NCBI RefSeq assembly: GCF_037042905.1
Contig: NC_087245.1
Coordinates: 40,488,001 to 40,552,000, forward strand
Direction: 5' to 3'
Length of the DNA stretch: 64,000 bases
Source of the DNA: Lytechinus pictus
Lineage: Eukaryota
A model generated the notes under the pieces. It had not been told where the DNA came from. It was given only the letters and a program-made list of their open reading frames with translations, and did not search any database. This document shows, piece by piece, positions 14,101-26,647 of this stretch. Position 1 is the first letter of the stretch. Each line of letters begins with the position of its first letter. Position numbers and translations under genes: made by a program.

Positions 14101-14390
14101 ATCTACGATCAGCCAATCAGATTGAATGATTTCAGTAGCTTTTAACAGTAATTGCATATTTGTTATTATAACAAGTTTTATCAAACAGGACCCCTGATGT
14201 ATCTCTTCAGTGATTATCATATCAGCATCCTAACCTGACAGGCATTTCTTCCTTTCTCTCTCTCTCTCTCTGTTCACAGGCAAAGCCAAAAGGTGGAGGG
14301 GCCAAAGGTCGTGGAGCAGGGTCAAAGGGCAAAGCTCCAGCCAAAGGGAAAGCCCCCGTCAAAGGGAAAGGAAGAGGAAGATCAAAGTGA
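337..14390 (+). CDS. RFC1: Replication factor C subunit 1, 3' part (5' exons lie upstream of the window); 7 coding exons, 348 aa visible
   Basis: Exons 337-435, 1642-1793, 2284-2401, 2720-2865, 3200-3413, 5124-5330, 14280-14390, all AG/GT bounded with matching phases. Translation includes VLHNLSMW...[16 protein letters not shown]...[18 protein letters not shown]...[17 protein letters not shown]...[16 protein letters not shown]...[13 protein letters not shown]...[15 protein letters not shown], matching the RFC1 C-terminal domain, then an acidic stretch and a Lys/Gly tail ending in TGA at 14388-14390. Confidence 0.95.
630..848. mobile_element. PIF/Harbinger-type (Tourist-like) MITE
   Basis: TIR GGGGTGTTGCAAGAAA / TTTCTTGCAACACCCC flanked by TTA on both sides (627-629, 849-851); inverted second copy at 41585-41804. 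Confidence 0.8.
1320..1595 (+). mobile_element. tRNA-derived SINE
   Basis: Pol III A box TGGTCTAGTGG (1329-1339) and B box GGTTCAAATCC (1373-1383), followed by a non-tRNA body and AT-rich tail; a related body fragment lies inverted near 39700-39845. Confidence 0.7.
2010..2220. repeat. Degenerate (CAT/CAC)n microsatellite in RFC1 intron
   Basis: Directly visible CAT/CAC triplet run. Confidence 0.9.
4710..5090. mobile_element. Non-autonomous DNA transposon with TTAA TSD (Kolobok-like, family A)
   Basis: TTAA at 4706-4709 and 5091-5094, AG...CT termini, full-length homologue at 18082-18477 and an inverted fragment near 2518-2560. Confidence 0.7.
5717..6571 (-). pseudogene. Decayed LINE ORF1-like (RNA-binding) sequence in the last RFC1 intron
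   Basis: Broken minus-strand reading frames; [46 protein letters not shown] and upstream IPDKQNENI / VNAHHFP resemble the RRM-CTD region of non-LTR ORF1 proteins. Recognition only. Confidence 0.5.
6902..8306. mobile_element. Non-autonomous hAT-like element with 6-bp flanking duplication
   Basis: TIR TAGGGATGCCACT / AGTGGCATCCCTG, subterminal TTCCG motifs at the left end, TTTCTT on both flanks (6896-6901, 8307-8312). Confidence 0.65.
7581..8120. repeat. Near-identical 269-bp tandem duplication
   Basis: Unit GGGCCGGAGCTCCCTGCGG...TTGAGGTGG occurs twice; ORFs 7532..7747 and 7795..8016 start 269 bp apart with nearly identical translations. Confidence 0.92.
8940..9524. mobile_element. Non-autonomous DNA transposon with long TIRs and TTAA TSD (Kolobok-like, family B)
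   Basis: TTAA|AGGAGAATGAAAC...GTTTCATTCCCCT|TTAA with ~190-bp imperfect inverted arms; internally deleted inverted copy at 34179-34612. Confidence 0.8.
9910..13852. mobile_element. ~4 kb segment bounded by ~700-bp diverged inverted repeats (foldback-like)
   Basis: 9910-~10620 is the reverse complement of ~13135-13852, e.g. GCATTTTGGGGTAAAAGTTGG / CCAACTTTTACCCCAAAATGC, TTTTGACCACCTAATTTGCAT / ATGCAAATTAGGTGGTCAAAA, AAAATGGCTGCCAAATTGACAA / TTGTCAATTTGGCAGCCATTTT. Confidence 0.7.
11960..12560 (+). mobile_element. Decayed L2/CR1-type LINE reverse transcriptase fragment
   Basis: YGVPWESVL (GVPQGSVL-like) near 11990, FYADDIQLY with TAT at 12091, then [51 protein letters not shown], the typical L2 RT C-terminus; frameshifts and stops present. 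Confidence 0.85.
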
Positions 14391-15327
14391 AAAGGATTGT
14401 TTTCAGTTTGTGAACTGAACATAGAGACTGAAATGCTATCGTACAGCTGTATATGTACAATGTGCCTTCATTTTGGAGTAGCCATAGTGTTTGGAATGCC
14501 AAAATATTTTCTGAATATGGAAAAGGATGTATCAGTGACACAAAAAGCAGCCTACAGGTGATTTTTCCCCCTTATCCAGGTGGTATAACTTATTAATGTG
14601 TCCTCCTTATAATGGACAGTGAATATCTTGTATGGTTTTCATATATGTGTCAATGTCAGAGGCAAAGTATACCACAAGGCCAGGGTAGGAAATAGTTTTT
14701 ATTTTGGGGGCGATTTGGGCAGTCATGAGGGCGAAATCGCCCATCACCTTTATGCATTTCCTACGCTGCACAAGACCCTCTAACGTGTGTAGATCGGAGA
14801 GAGGAGAAAAGATGATACTTCTTCATTTCTTCCTCTAAACCACAAAAATTTGGTCTCAAAAAAGGGTTCATCACTTGCTCTTTATCATTATTTTCAAAGG
14901 GTATTTAACCAACCGACTTCAAAAGTTATTGAAAGAAAAATTATGCTCATTTTGACGATACAAATCGAAAATGACTGAACAATGTTTCCAGTGAGCGTTT
15001 CCCCCTTTAAATTATTGGACAATGTACTTGTTGAATATGAAGCATTATGCCATTGATGGCTTTCCATAGTTTGAATTAAATTAGTAGTACTAGTAACAGT
15101 CTGGTAGGAGGAGCCCTGATTGGACTGTCTTGTTCCTGTCTCTTAGGAAACTACCATAAACCGGGTTGACTGTGGACAGTTTTTGCAGACCTGCCAATCA
15201 TCCTGATTTTATGAAGATTGTCCTGATTTCCGACTTTGAAAATAGCCTAAAATCAGAACATCCTCATTTCTGAAATTTCATGTGAGAAAAAAAATGTGGA
15301 AAAAAAAATCACCACAGACCCTTTCAT

Positions 15328-16609
15328 CAGGCCTGCCAACTACTTCTTTTTAAAAGGAGTTACTCCTTTTTTGGAAATTTTTGATATATATTATATCATG
15401 TACAGTCAGTCCGCAAGCCCTGAAAAAGTAGCTTCTTTTATCCAAGTGATATTCATGACAAGAGGGTTTTTGCATAGTTAATGAGCTTGGTGCGAACCAA
15501 AACACCTCTTTTTATTCGGCCATTGCTGCTCTAAATATAGACCAAATTTCATGTTTTTGGTATCTTTGTAAAGAAGAAGAATCATTCTTTTAGGTCATGT
15601 GTTTGGATTTTTAAAAGAATGTTGTAATATAGGAAAAACTTTTGATCTAAAACATGAAACAAAATATTTTTTTTCATGCAACAAAAGTTGTTGTTTTCAC
15701 ACTTAATTTCTGTTTGGGCACAAATGATTTTTAAATCATGATAAAGCTGAAGATCTAAGCTTTAATATGATATAATTTTTATAAGAAGATGTATTTTAGA
15801 TGGGTCAGCAGCCAGCTTTTCATAGACCAAGTACATTTTGCAGCTCAAAAACAAGAATACTGCGCTCTGATTGGTCATAGACCACACACCCACGCAAATT
15901 CCAATGTTCCCCACACTGGGCCTCTGCAAGGTCACACTAACCATGTGGTAATCTCTTCAAATTACCCGCGCCTGTTTGTTTTGAAAACAGTATTCAGCCA
16001 ATCAGAACTCTGGATTTTATGTTACTCAGAAATTTCAGAAATCTCGTCTTGCATATTGATGGAAATAACTGGCTGCTGACCCATCTAAAAGATGCCACAT
16101 ATCAAGAGTGACATTGTAAGAAAGTATAGAGTTTGAGCTTTCTGATGATATAAATAATGTTGGTGCCTAAGACACAAAATGTTGCACAATTTGCAAGTGA
16201 AAACAGAGGAAGAAAATTCTGTTTGATGCATCTTTTCAGGTAAAAAATTCACTAATTTATCAAAATATTTCATTCAAAAGAAATGACCAATATAAAAGGG
16301 TAACATTTACTCTTGCCCATGGTACAAAAATAATCAATATTACTCAAGGAGAAAGTGGTTAAATTCTTTGAGAAAGAAAGTCTCACAATTCACGAGATTT
16401 TGCTGGGACATGAATTCAGCCACGAGAGGACTTGGATAAATCTTGCTCATTTGCTCATTAACACAGGGGCTTGCGGACTGACTGTGTAGGGAAAGAAAAT
16501 TCCTTTTTTATCCAGATATTATGTACATTCATCTATGGGAAATATTCTCTGACTCCTATTTCTCAAATGAATCGCTCCTATGTTGTAAGTTTACAGGTTG
16601 GTAGGCCTG
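15328..16609. mobile_element. Non-autonomous DNA element hosting a nested insertion
   Basis: TIR CAGGCCTGCCAAC / GTTGGTAGGCCTG; flanks TTTCAT and ATTCAT (5/6 match). Confidence 0.6.
15403..16484. mobile_element. Tc1/mariner-type non-autonomous element
   Basis: Perfect TIR CAGTCAGTCCGCAAGCCC / GGGCTTGCGGACTGACTG; left flank TA, right flank TG. Confidence 0.7.
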
Positions 16610-17149
16610 ATTCATGCTCCCCCACTCAATACACCTCAAGTAGCTCAGTAGTAGTCCAGGAGCTTTAAGGGGCACTGCCCTCTTGACCCCCACATACATG
16701 TAGGTCTCTGCGCGTGGACCCTGCCGAGGGCTTAGTCACCCCTCCCCCGGCCATTGGTTGTCCAGATTTTGCATTTCTAAATTTTGGTAGGTATGGTTTT
16801 TAAAATGAGTTGGTTTTTTGGGGAGGGGGTAGGGTTCTGAAAATATTTCTAAATGTTACAAAAGGGGTATGGTCTTCATTTACAACACAGAAATATTTTT
16901 AGAAAAACCAACAGCAAAAGAATGTTATTGATTTTAAAAACGTACAAAGTCATCCCAGTTTACTGTATCTTAAGATAGATAGACGAAGTGTACATCCATG
17001 ATGTGTCAAATACTTCTTGATATCATCATTTCAGAAACCATCCATTTGAATAAACACATTCAAAACTGCATGGATATGGATATCTTATTGTTTGAAATAA
17101 ATATCAGAAATATAATGTATTCTGAAGATTCATTTTGCCCAATTGATTG

Positions 17150-17317
17150 TGGGTGGGCCTGGCAGCCACAGTGCAGCGCCAGATCGATGTTGCTCCATTG
17201 AACGCCAAACAGGGTAGCAGCAACTCCCATCTTTTTAACATCTTCTTGGTCTAACGCAGCCGGGGCTTGAACCCCCGACCTCCCGGTTGTGAGACGGACG
17301 CTCTACCAACTGAGCCA
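17150..17317 (-). mobile_element. tRNA-derived SINE (5' part)
   Basis: Minus strand TGGCTCAGTTGGTAGAGCG...GGTTCAAGCCCCGG carries A and B boxes, lacks a complete acceptor stem and continues into a SINE-like body. Confidence 0.65.
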
Positions 17318-18081
17318 ACAATAGGTTCAATACAAAGATGTTCTATGCCAAGAGCCATGATTTAATGTCAATTGTTTACATATTTATCAAATGAGAAATC
17401 AATGGAACAGCTGAACAGATGGAAAAGCAATTACTCTCGAATTACAAAATTGTTGGGCGATAGGTTGTAGACCGCTGGGAGAACATTTTTCGGAAACTGT
17501 AGTGGCTTAGCTGGGTAAATATGCTATTATTATTATTACTAAGAGCATGTATTTTGAAAGTGCCCCAACAACAGTATTGAAGTGCGTCTGTTTAAAAAAA
17601 ACAGTGCATTGGATCTTAAGTTGTCAAATTTGTATCATGAATCTTGATGAGCATTGCTATGTCAGTTGGAAGGAATTGTACATAATACAGACATTAATTA
17701 TGAATTTGTAAGCAAAGCTGTCACAATTGTGTAGGTAATCATATATTCTGATAGTGATTTGTTGAATAAACAAACATGCTACTTCTAATTTGGCATTTTA
17801 TTTTTAGTTTTTTAGGGAACATGAAGTCTTGTGTGAAGTGTACAGGTTTTTTTTTTGAGGGGGGGGAGGCTAATAGTTTTCATGAGAAGTATGTACATGG
17901 ATTTTTCTTTTGAAGCATGAATGTGCACAGAATGAAAGATTTTGAATGCATTCCAATTGTTGACAAAATGTGAATTCCACATACTTTCAAATTATTATTT
18001 CTTTAAAGGCTTTTTTGATTATCTATAAAATCTTATTTGAAACCTTTTAATATACTAAATTTTGGTAAAATTCTTCATTAA

Positions 18082-18477
18082 AGATAAATTCCAGTTGTGG
18101 GAATGATCTCAAAATGACTTTTTACAGAATTTAATATAATGATCACCAAAGTGTCTGTTTGTATGAATAAAAAATATGTGCCAAAGGATTCTGGAAGAAA
18201 TAGTGTAATTGCTGAGAAATAAGCAAAATAAGTTGCGGACTCGGTCACTTCCGTTGGGTCTTTATTCCAGCAATAATAATACACTGTCCCACGTGTGCCT
18301 ATCTGTGTTGGCGATCTTCAGTGTGATCGTATTTCAGCTTAGATTTTATGATTTCACAAAGTTCAGTTTATGTAACTGTACCAGATCTACATCCACGATG
18401 ATATATCAATACTTTACCTTGGTTTTACAGACTTTCTCACGAAATCAGTGTTTTACTGCAACTACGTTCATTTAGCT
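18082..18477. mobile_element. Kolobok-like non-autonomous element, family A copy 2
   Basis: Colinear with 4710-5090; TTAA on both flanks. Confidence 0.7.
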
Positions 18478-20878
18478 TTAATCTATTCTTAAAACAAACT
18501 AAAATTTACAAAGGCCCTCCCAAAACCAAAAATCAGAAATAACACCACCACTCTCGCATTTTATGATTGCTGTGGAATTACTTGTATGTTATCCTTTGAC
18601 CCCAGCTCTCAATAAGTGTAAGGTTTGAGAATGGCAGTAGAGCTGGAATGTTTTGATTAGACAAAGATTAGCAGGGGCAAGCTATTTCCTGTTTTTAGCA
18701 AAATTCACCCCTCCAAATCTTTGCTCAGAATTTTTTTTTTTTTTTTTTTTTTGGGGGGGGTACTGGGGAGCGCAATAGTAACCTTCCTTTTTACCATGAT
18801 TTTTCGCTTTATTTTGCCCTCTATCTAGTTTTTCACCTTTTCCCTTTCCTTCTTTATTACTCCCCAATTTACGTATCTTTTTTATTCATTCTAGAGTATC
18901 AGTGTCTCTCTCCCCTCTATATCTGCCTCTCTCATATCTCCCCCAATCTATAATTTTTCATCTAACATTAAGTGCTGACCGTTGAAATAACACCCTCTTC
19001 CAAACTTTTATATGAGTGGCTTTTTTTATTTTTGGGTTGGATTTAATGCCAAGATTTGAAAGAATATACTTGATTTTTTTTCAAGCGTCCCTGAAATTGG
19101 CACCTTGCTTCCCCAGGTGCCCTCCATACCCCCTTGAAATCGACATCAATGGAGTACTCCTTCCTAATAATAATAATAAATGTGACTTGTAATGCGCCAA
19201 ATCCACTCTGCAGAGTGCCCAAGGCGCAGTAAAAGAGAGAGAGAGAGAGAGAACAGTACAAATACAGAGATAAATTAAGGACCAATTAAAAATAGGAAGT
19301 AATGAACAGACGCGTTTAAATGTGTCAATGGAAGTGCAGTCACAGATAACCAGGGGAAGGTCATTCCTCCCTGCTTCCTACAAACAGCCCTTTATCTACA
19401 CTTTGGGGCAAACTTTCTTGCAAATATCAATGTCCTTGTAATTCATTTTCTTCAAATATCCTTAACAATTTTTCAAGTATGTAGAAAGCACTCTTTCTCT
19501 AAAAATTAGGCTTTTGTTACAAATGGAAATGGAACATATAATCTTTTTTTCAGTCTTAAACCTTTATTCTTCATTACAAAGAGATACATGATCTGTCATC
19601 TGTATAAAATACAAAATTATTTGTTAAAAAAAGCAGACACATTTTATATATGATGATGCGATCATCTCATTATATCTGAATGTAATGATCATCTACATAA
19701 AGATTCCTGAGACAACTAAAAATGCATTTGTTTCTCATACCCAACGTATGTTTAACAGATGAATAGAGGAATACCAAATATACTGCAGTAAATCTCTCCA
19801 TACATTTTACATAACATTAATCTTGATAGACTAGCAGTTTAAATGATCAAGTTGTAAGGTAACTGAAGAAATTCATATTCTATGGTAAGACAATAATGCC
19901 AGAGGATGAAATTAAATATATATATTATCCTTTGGTGCCTGTAACACTTGGTCATAACTACCAGGGTAAATAATATCTCTAACGATAACAAGTTAGAATT
20001 CTGGGGGCCGTTTTAAAAGCTCTTTATAAGTTATGCCTCCTGCTATGCAATTGAAATTAATGATTTTGTAAGTATTTTTACTTAGCATTTCACTTGGCTA
20101 AGTAAAATGCTTAATTTCATATTCAGATCACATCAATTTTTTTTACTCTATCAAGCCAAATTTAAGTAAAATACTTACTAAATACCATTATGGCGTCATA
20201 AAGTAGAAGCCGAATAATGCACAATATGTATTCCATCTGTGGGCAGTACGTATGACTGTACGTTTGTACACTTGTAAACTGCATGCACACCACTCTTATG
20301 CCTGTTAGGCATCTGACTTAAGATTTAAGCAAAATAATTAGCCATAAAATTGAAACCCAAAGATAGATAAGTATTTTACTTAAGCAAAATACTGAGTAAA
20401 ATACCTAAAATTCTGGCTTAAATATTGAATTGAACCCCGGCCCTGTTCTTGTGCTAAAATGGGATATCCAATTATAAACTTAGCATTCAGACACTTGCTA
20501 ATACAAGAATCTTAATAATGCAAAGATTGTATTTCAATCTTAGTTGAGAATCAAAGAGATTGGCACAAAAGAATGGGTCACAAATTATGCATAAATTAAA
20601 ACAACTTTATGAAACAGCCCCAGGCCAAGAGCATTTTTAGTATAGAATAAATCAAGAATAGGTATAGTTTGGTTAGTTTTAGATTTTAGAGTTTCCCGCT
20701 TCTGTGCGAATTTTCCGCACAGTGAAAGTGAAAATAAAAATTCAAAAGCAAATGTCATGGAGTCTACTTCTTTCCTAATAAAACAAACTTGTGGTATACA
20801 CATTTTTCTTCTGCACATGATTAAATAAAGATAAAATACATTGAAAGAATAAAGAAATCCTGGAAACAAAACCACATT

Positions 20879-21043
20879 CCAGGGGAGCGTTTCATGAAAA
20901 GACTTGTCGGACGTTTTATCCGACAAGTCCTGTTTTATCCGACGGTTACCATAGTAACAGTCCCTCTCAGCCAATCAGAATCAAGGAAAGTTGTCAGATC
21001 TGACAACTTGTCGGACAAAAATGTTGATGAAACACTCCCCTGG
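20879..21043. mobile_element. Short MITE downstream of the EXD2 stop codon
   Basis: Inverted ends CCAGGGGAGCGTTTCAT / ATGAAACACTCCCCTGG; truncated relative at ~33555-33675. Confidence 0.7.
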
Positions 21044-21237
21044 CTACCATTTTATCTAGAGTGGATAGTACTGTTCACATATATCCAAATTTTTGGAATG
21101 ACTTGTGCTGCAAGAAAACATTGCACAAACTTCTCAAGCCAAGTGCTTTGAGTCTTGATCATAAAAAAATCCCTTGGTTTATCATCCAAAAGAAAATAAA
21201 TAATGACAGATAATTGATATATATCTATTAAATGCCC

Positions 21238-24200
21238 TCACTTCTTGCAAACAGATGCTTCATGCAAATGATCCACAGACCATAGCTCTGGGAGATACTG
21301 AGGCTCCATTGTGTCCAGGAAATTCTGTCTCCAGAGCTTCTCAAACTTCGTCAAACCATCTTCCTTTTTCATCAATTCCTCCACAACCTTCAGGCCATGT
21401 GACCCTAAGTAGTTCTCATTCGTCACTTTAGTTTCGATGGACACTCCCTTCTGAAGGAGGCTATCGTCTATCTCGTCGACTCCAAAGAACTCCCGAAGAT
21501 GGTCTGTCAGCTCCTGTACTCGCTGCTCCGGAAGGTTGTTCGCATTCTTGTGGCGGATTAGAGCTCTTGCGACGGAGCGGAGTTGTACCCTTTGAGGATC
21601 TTCCAGACGTTTGGCATTGGTCCTGTTGCTAAGGGGAGCGTTGTATTGGATGGAGATTTCCTGCCGCAGGATGTTGTCATGTGCTCCGCTCCTCTGATGA
21701 CATTTCAGACATAGCAGCAGGACATCATGAGATGAATGCATCTTGAGGTATTGTGGGAAGTGTCTGCAAGAAAGAGAAATTGTCAAAAATTTCATTCCAG
21801 AATCAACCAAGATGCTACAGTGGCCACTTAGCTGCTTCTTTAGTATTGGAGTTCACCCTAACTCAAATTATGTTACAAGGTCCTGCGAAAGGCCTGGAAG
21901 TTGGTGTGTTAAATACATACGGCCAACAGCATTCATCATGAAAGGCATGTGAGTCAGTACTTTTTAATAAAACATACAATAAAGCATATGCCACAAGTGA
22001 GAACTGAAAAATTAAAGAAATATATTGAACAATGCATCCCAAGCACTGGGAAGAATAAGTTTTAACCAGTAGAAATTCAATCCCAGGAAAACTTAAGCCA
22101 TGAAATGTGGTTCTCAATCACTTCGAAAGGACACTGATTAAAGGCATTGAGCACACTGCATTTGACCAATTTTGCATGATTAATAAAAATGAGAGACAAA
22201 ATGCTTTTATTTACAAAGCATTAGAGATGGCCACAAACCTGACATCACTGACTTAGAAATTGAACTATATATAAGTTTAGACACGTGAAGAAGACATCAT
22301 ATGAGACTCACCTTCTGTATTCATGTGGGACTACATGCTTCTTAATGTAAGAGTCCTCCCAGCCACACACCACACACATGTTCTTCTTCTCTATCTGGTA
22401 GTACTCTCGATCTGGACCAGGGACCCCCGAAGGCTCAAACAAGAGCCGCACTGTCAAGGGTTCCTCACAGATGATCTCCCCAATCTCCTTGCTGACGTAC
22501 CATAACGCTTTTCTCTTGTCACATGTGCAGAGGAGGGTGTCGTCTGGGGCTAGGAGACGGCAGTTGTGGTACATCACAGACTTCCTTGTCTTGTAGGCTC
22601 TACTTAGAGGGCGCTCTTTGGATTTAATGCAAACTCCTTTTGAATGTTTTTCTGGTTTCTTTGAAGATGAGTTTGTGTTGGTAAGCTGCTTCATGTCAGG
22701 GTACATGTCAACGATGCCCTGGCACATGGAAGAAATGCTCTTCCATATTTCTAGTTGAAAGAATGATTCAAAGTGTTTTAATTTCATCTTATAGGCAACA
22801 ATCTTTAAGAATATGGCTGCCCCAATGACTGCATCTTCAGCAGCATAATTGATTTGTTCTTTGGACAATGGCACTGCTTCCCAATTGCCACACCGCACCC
22901 TGTCGTTCTTTGACATTTCATGCTGGAGGACAATGCTGGCTAGTTCCCGTAAACTCAGAGAGCGCCCTCTCAAGGTCCGAGCAAGATGTCGGAGTGCAAG
23001 GTGGCGTAGGTCAAGGCATCCATGGGTGATGATCTGGTAATCGGTGAGAAGGCGTTTGGCATCATCAATTACTCCTACACCAACCTTTAATGTGCTTTGA
23101 AAGCAAAAAGTTATAAAAGATGATGTTAATATCTAAGATGTCCATTCATAGCTTGAACAAGTAGCTGCATTATTACACTCATCTGATCATACTGATATCT
23201 TACATGGCTATCAATAAAATATTTAATGACTGATCATCAGAAACTATGCAAGTTTGAATCAATTTAATATTTTAATAGTATGATATATTCATGTAATTGT
23301 CCGCATCTATAAGATTTATTTTTTATACATTTAACACTTTACCTGGGATTTTTATTCACAATGCTTAAAGCAGAGTCTAACAATACAATTTAGGTAAAAA
23401 GAGAAACATAATTGTATTAAATAATTAATATTGTGGTGGGAAAAGTATTTAACTTACTTGCGATCTTCGAGGATCTTGCCGATACTCTCGGGGAGTTTTC
23501 CACCAAGCTGGTCAAGACGAAACAGAAGGCAAGATTGATTTACAGGGGAAGAGATCTGCAGGAGAGCAACAGGTTGTCTTTGACCGTCTTTGGTCACCCA
23601 TTCGCAGTCAAGACCAATAACCTAGTGATCAAACAAACACAGTAAAGATTGATTGATGTACATGGAAGAGCGAGACCTGCAGGAGAACCACAGGTTGTCT
23701 TTGACCACCTTTGGTCACCCATTCACAGTCAAGAAACATAACCTGGTTATCAGACACAGAACATATTTATTTAAGGAAGAGAAAGACCTGCAGAAGAACC
23801 AGAGATTGGTCACCCATTCAGTCAAGATCTATACCCCTGGTGATCACACACCCACACAGAAGAATTCACAGAAGCAACCTGCAAGACAGCAAGAGGGTCC
23901 CTGCATTGGAGGCAGAAGCCAAAAAAATTAGGTCATCAACAAAAATTTAAGGGGGGGGGGGGCTCAACATGAATTTAGGGGGGATGCAGGGAAAAAAAAT
24001 TGACAAGCAAAAAAAAAAAAAAAAAAAAAAAAGGGGTTATCAACATACATTTTTGGGGGGTCTGTCCCCCACCTAAAATTTAGGGGGGGGGACAAGACCC
24101 CCCATCCCCCCGCTTCCGCCGCCTCCTATGGGTCCCTGGGATGTCTTTGACCATCCTTGGTCACCCATTCATGGTCAAGACCTATAACCTGGTGACTAAA

Positions 24201-26647
24201 TAGACACAGAAGACATAGATTGGTTCAAAATAGAAGCACACTGCAAGAGAACCAAAGGATATAATGACAGAGCCTTGAGGTGTAAGTGGAAATTAAGTAT
24301 GCGACAGATGGATGACCCAAAGTGGGTGGAGGCATAACAAAACCTATCAGAATCGAGATCTACAATATTTTCATACCAGCATGGACTGTCTTCTGTTCTT
24401 GAAATTCATATTCCTGCTTAAAGAAATAAATTATGAAAATTCTTTAAATATTACACCCACTTTATACTGCTTAGCAATAGCATTACAGAATGATTTACCA
24501 AATTGTACCAGTTTTATTCCCTTACTCTTTCACGAGCTCTGACAGACCTTGAAAAGAGATTTTGGATGGGCAAGACCACTCTGGTTAGCCACGAGGGGCA
24601 CTTTTCCAAATAAGCGTGGCAGCAAAGGGTACCATGACCACATTTAAAGGGCATACACAAAGTATTCACAATCACATTCATGAAAAATGGCACTAAGGCC
24701 AAATAGAAAAGGGCATGTGAAAATTTCATAAATGCCACAATGCCCACAACTATGAACAAAGGAAGATGACATCACAACCAGTAAAAGGAGAGCCAGAGTC
24801 CACAGTCTCTGCCTCTCTGCTGGTTTCTGGCATATTGAGGGAATTTGAGGCCTGCTCTGAATAATAAAAAAAAAAAAACCATAACAAACGCACAAAGCGT
24901 CACCTAATGACACAAAAAAACCCAGAAAAAAACCCATATACCTTCAAAAGTTTAGCAGCTTCTGCAAAGCTCTCTACAGCCAAGCGATGTTCGCTTGATG
25001 AATCAATGACAAATATATCATAGTTCTCGATAACTGTAACAGGCTGGTAGACATCTCCTTCCAGTGTATCCTTTGTTGAAGTCGAAGGTGTAGTCCTCTC
25101 CCTGTTTAAGCAAAACAATGGACAGGAAATTGTCAAAGGTTTACATTCACCTAGTAGAATTAGACAAACATTTTCTTTTGAAAAAAAAATCGCATTATCT
25201 CTAGTTTTCCTGATAGTTTTATCTTATTACTTATGACAATCTAGACATCTACCCTGTATCAGTCTAACTTGGTTCATATTTTAATATTGATGTAAATCAC
25301 TGGGTCGAATGTTTACACCTCCTTGAAGTTGAAAATCTATAGGAACAAAAAGGTGCAGATTAAAAAAGTGTTACCTCAAAAGGGCACATTTCATTTAGAT
25401 AAAAAGTGAGAATTTTTCTCTGCTGCCCCTGCAGAAGCAGCAAAAGAAAGAGCACTATACCTCACAATAACAGACTGGAAATTTTGATCAAACTAAAGAC
25501 GCTAATTTATCAAAAGTAAACGCATATTCAAAGGGGGGCTTGATCAGAGATGAACAGCGATTATTCAATTAAAAGAGATCTAAGAGAACAGATCACTAAA
25601 TTAAGATAAAGAAAACAGGTGCTGAATGGGAACGAGAAGTTTGAGTCATTTAAAAATCTTTAGAAGGGCTACTTATCTGATACAAGAATGCAAAGGGGCA
25701 CTTAAAAAAGAATACAATGGGTCCTTCTACTGGGCTCTGAATAGGTTTTGAGTGGGGGGGGGGGCGGGCATTTTACTTCTTGGACGTAGAAAAGGGCACT
25801 ATATTTAAGCACTTCAAAAAATTGTGACATTTCGAAGACATTACAGAGACGGATCGGTAGACTTTTCAGCAATTAAAAATTGGTTACGAGATGATGAATC
25901 TTTTCAAAGAAATTATGACTGGGAGAACAGCCTAGTGTATTTTTTGCACAGTAGCGCACAAGCCTAAGCGTCAAGGGCGCAAGGGTATGTACGCCTCATG
26001 CCAACAATGCGCTTAATTATTTATCAGATTCTATTGAATGACCTAAGCATATGAAAAGTTTATTGATTGGTTGATGATGAATTATTGGGCATGTCAGAGA
26101 TAAGATAGGGCATATCCTTGCTAATTAAGTTACAGAGATAAGACAATTTTCAGAATACCTATTTAAGAGAATTATTGCGAGCTTTTATCTTGCCGAGTTA
26201 CAAGAATATTTACAAGTTAAGACAATTTTCAGAATACCACCCCAGCCATTTAGAAAAAAGTAACAAGCAAAGTCTCATCAATTTTTAGTAAATGGTAGGC
26301 AATACCAATTATAGAAAACAAAATTGAAAAAGATTACAAGAAACTATTAAATTCATATTTCTTTTGTATAATCAAACTATAATGTAAACAGGCTTCAAAA
26401 TTTTAAAATTGTCCAGACACCGAAGTGCCGAACCCCCATCCTACAATACAAATTTTAGGGAAGACATCAGTCAACTCAAGGTTTATTAGCTGAAGTCTCA
26501 ACTCACGATCATGCCAGGTGTCATCAGGAGGGGGGCAGGGAGGAGTGGGGGACATAATTACCTGTATTTTCTCCTGTATAAATAGACAGAAATCAGGACA
26601 AAGGCTCCAGCAGTGAGGGTAACCATGGATGGGAGGTATGAAGGCAT
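21238..26647 (-). CDS. EXD2: Exonuclease 3'-5' domain-containing protein 2 (DEDDy exonuclease + HNH-like domain, N-terminal membrane anchor); 5 coding exons, 572 aa
   Basis: Exons 26562-26647, 24942-25101, 23458-23621, 22312-23094, 21238-21763 total 1719 nt in frame. Hydrophobic N-terminus MPSYLPSMVTLTAGAFVLISVYLYRRKY; ExoI VIGLDCEW; LKVGVG and DLRHL; ExoIII NYAAEDA; YHNCRLLAPD..LCTCD; CVVCG; HVVPHEYRRHFP..HSSHDVLLLCLKCH; C-terminal WRQNFLDTMEPQYLPELWSVDH. Confidence 0.93.
23622..24255 (-). repeat. Decayed tandem copies of the 5' part of the EXD2 ExoI exon
   Basis: Minus-strand units beginning CAG|GTTAT..CTTGAC..GAATGGGTGACC at 23742, ~23836 (more decayed) and 24188, plus a partial unit to ~24255; first period 121 bp. 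Confidence 0.85.
23904..24130. mobile_element. hAT-type MITE with 8-bp TSD
   Basis: GGTCCCTG at 23896-23903 and 24131-24138; imperfect TIR CATTGGAGGC / GCCTCCTATG; G/C- and A-run interior. Confidence 0.75.

Noticed and set aside
17245..17317. Possible tRNA gene (likewise 1320-1392 and 53953-54025)
   Set aside because: A/B boxes are present but stems are incomplete and each runs into further non-tRNA sequence; better explained as SINE heads.
23433..23950. Plus-strand ORFs with repeated ERDLQE..RLSLT.FGHPF peptide
   Set aside because: Antisense reading of the EXD2 exon and its tandem copies.
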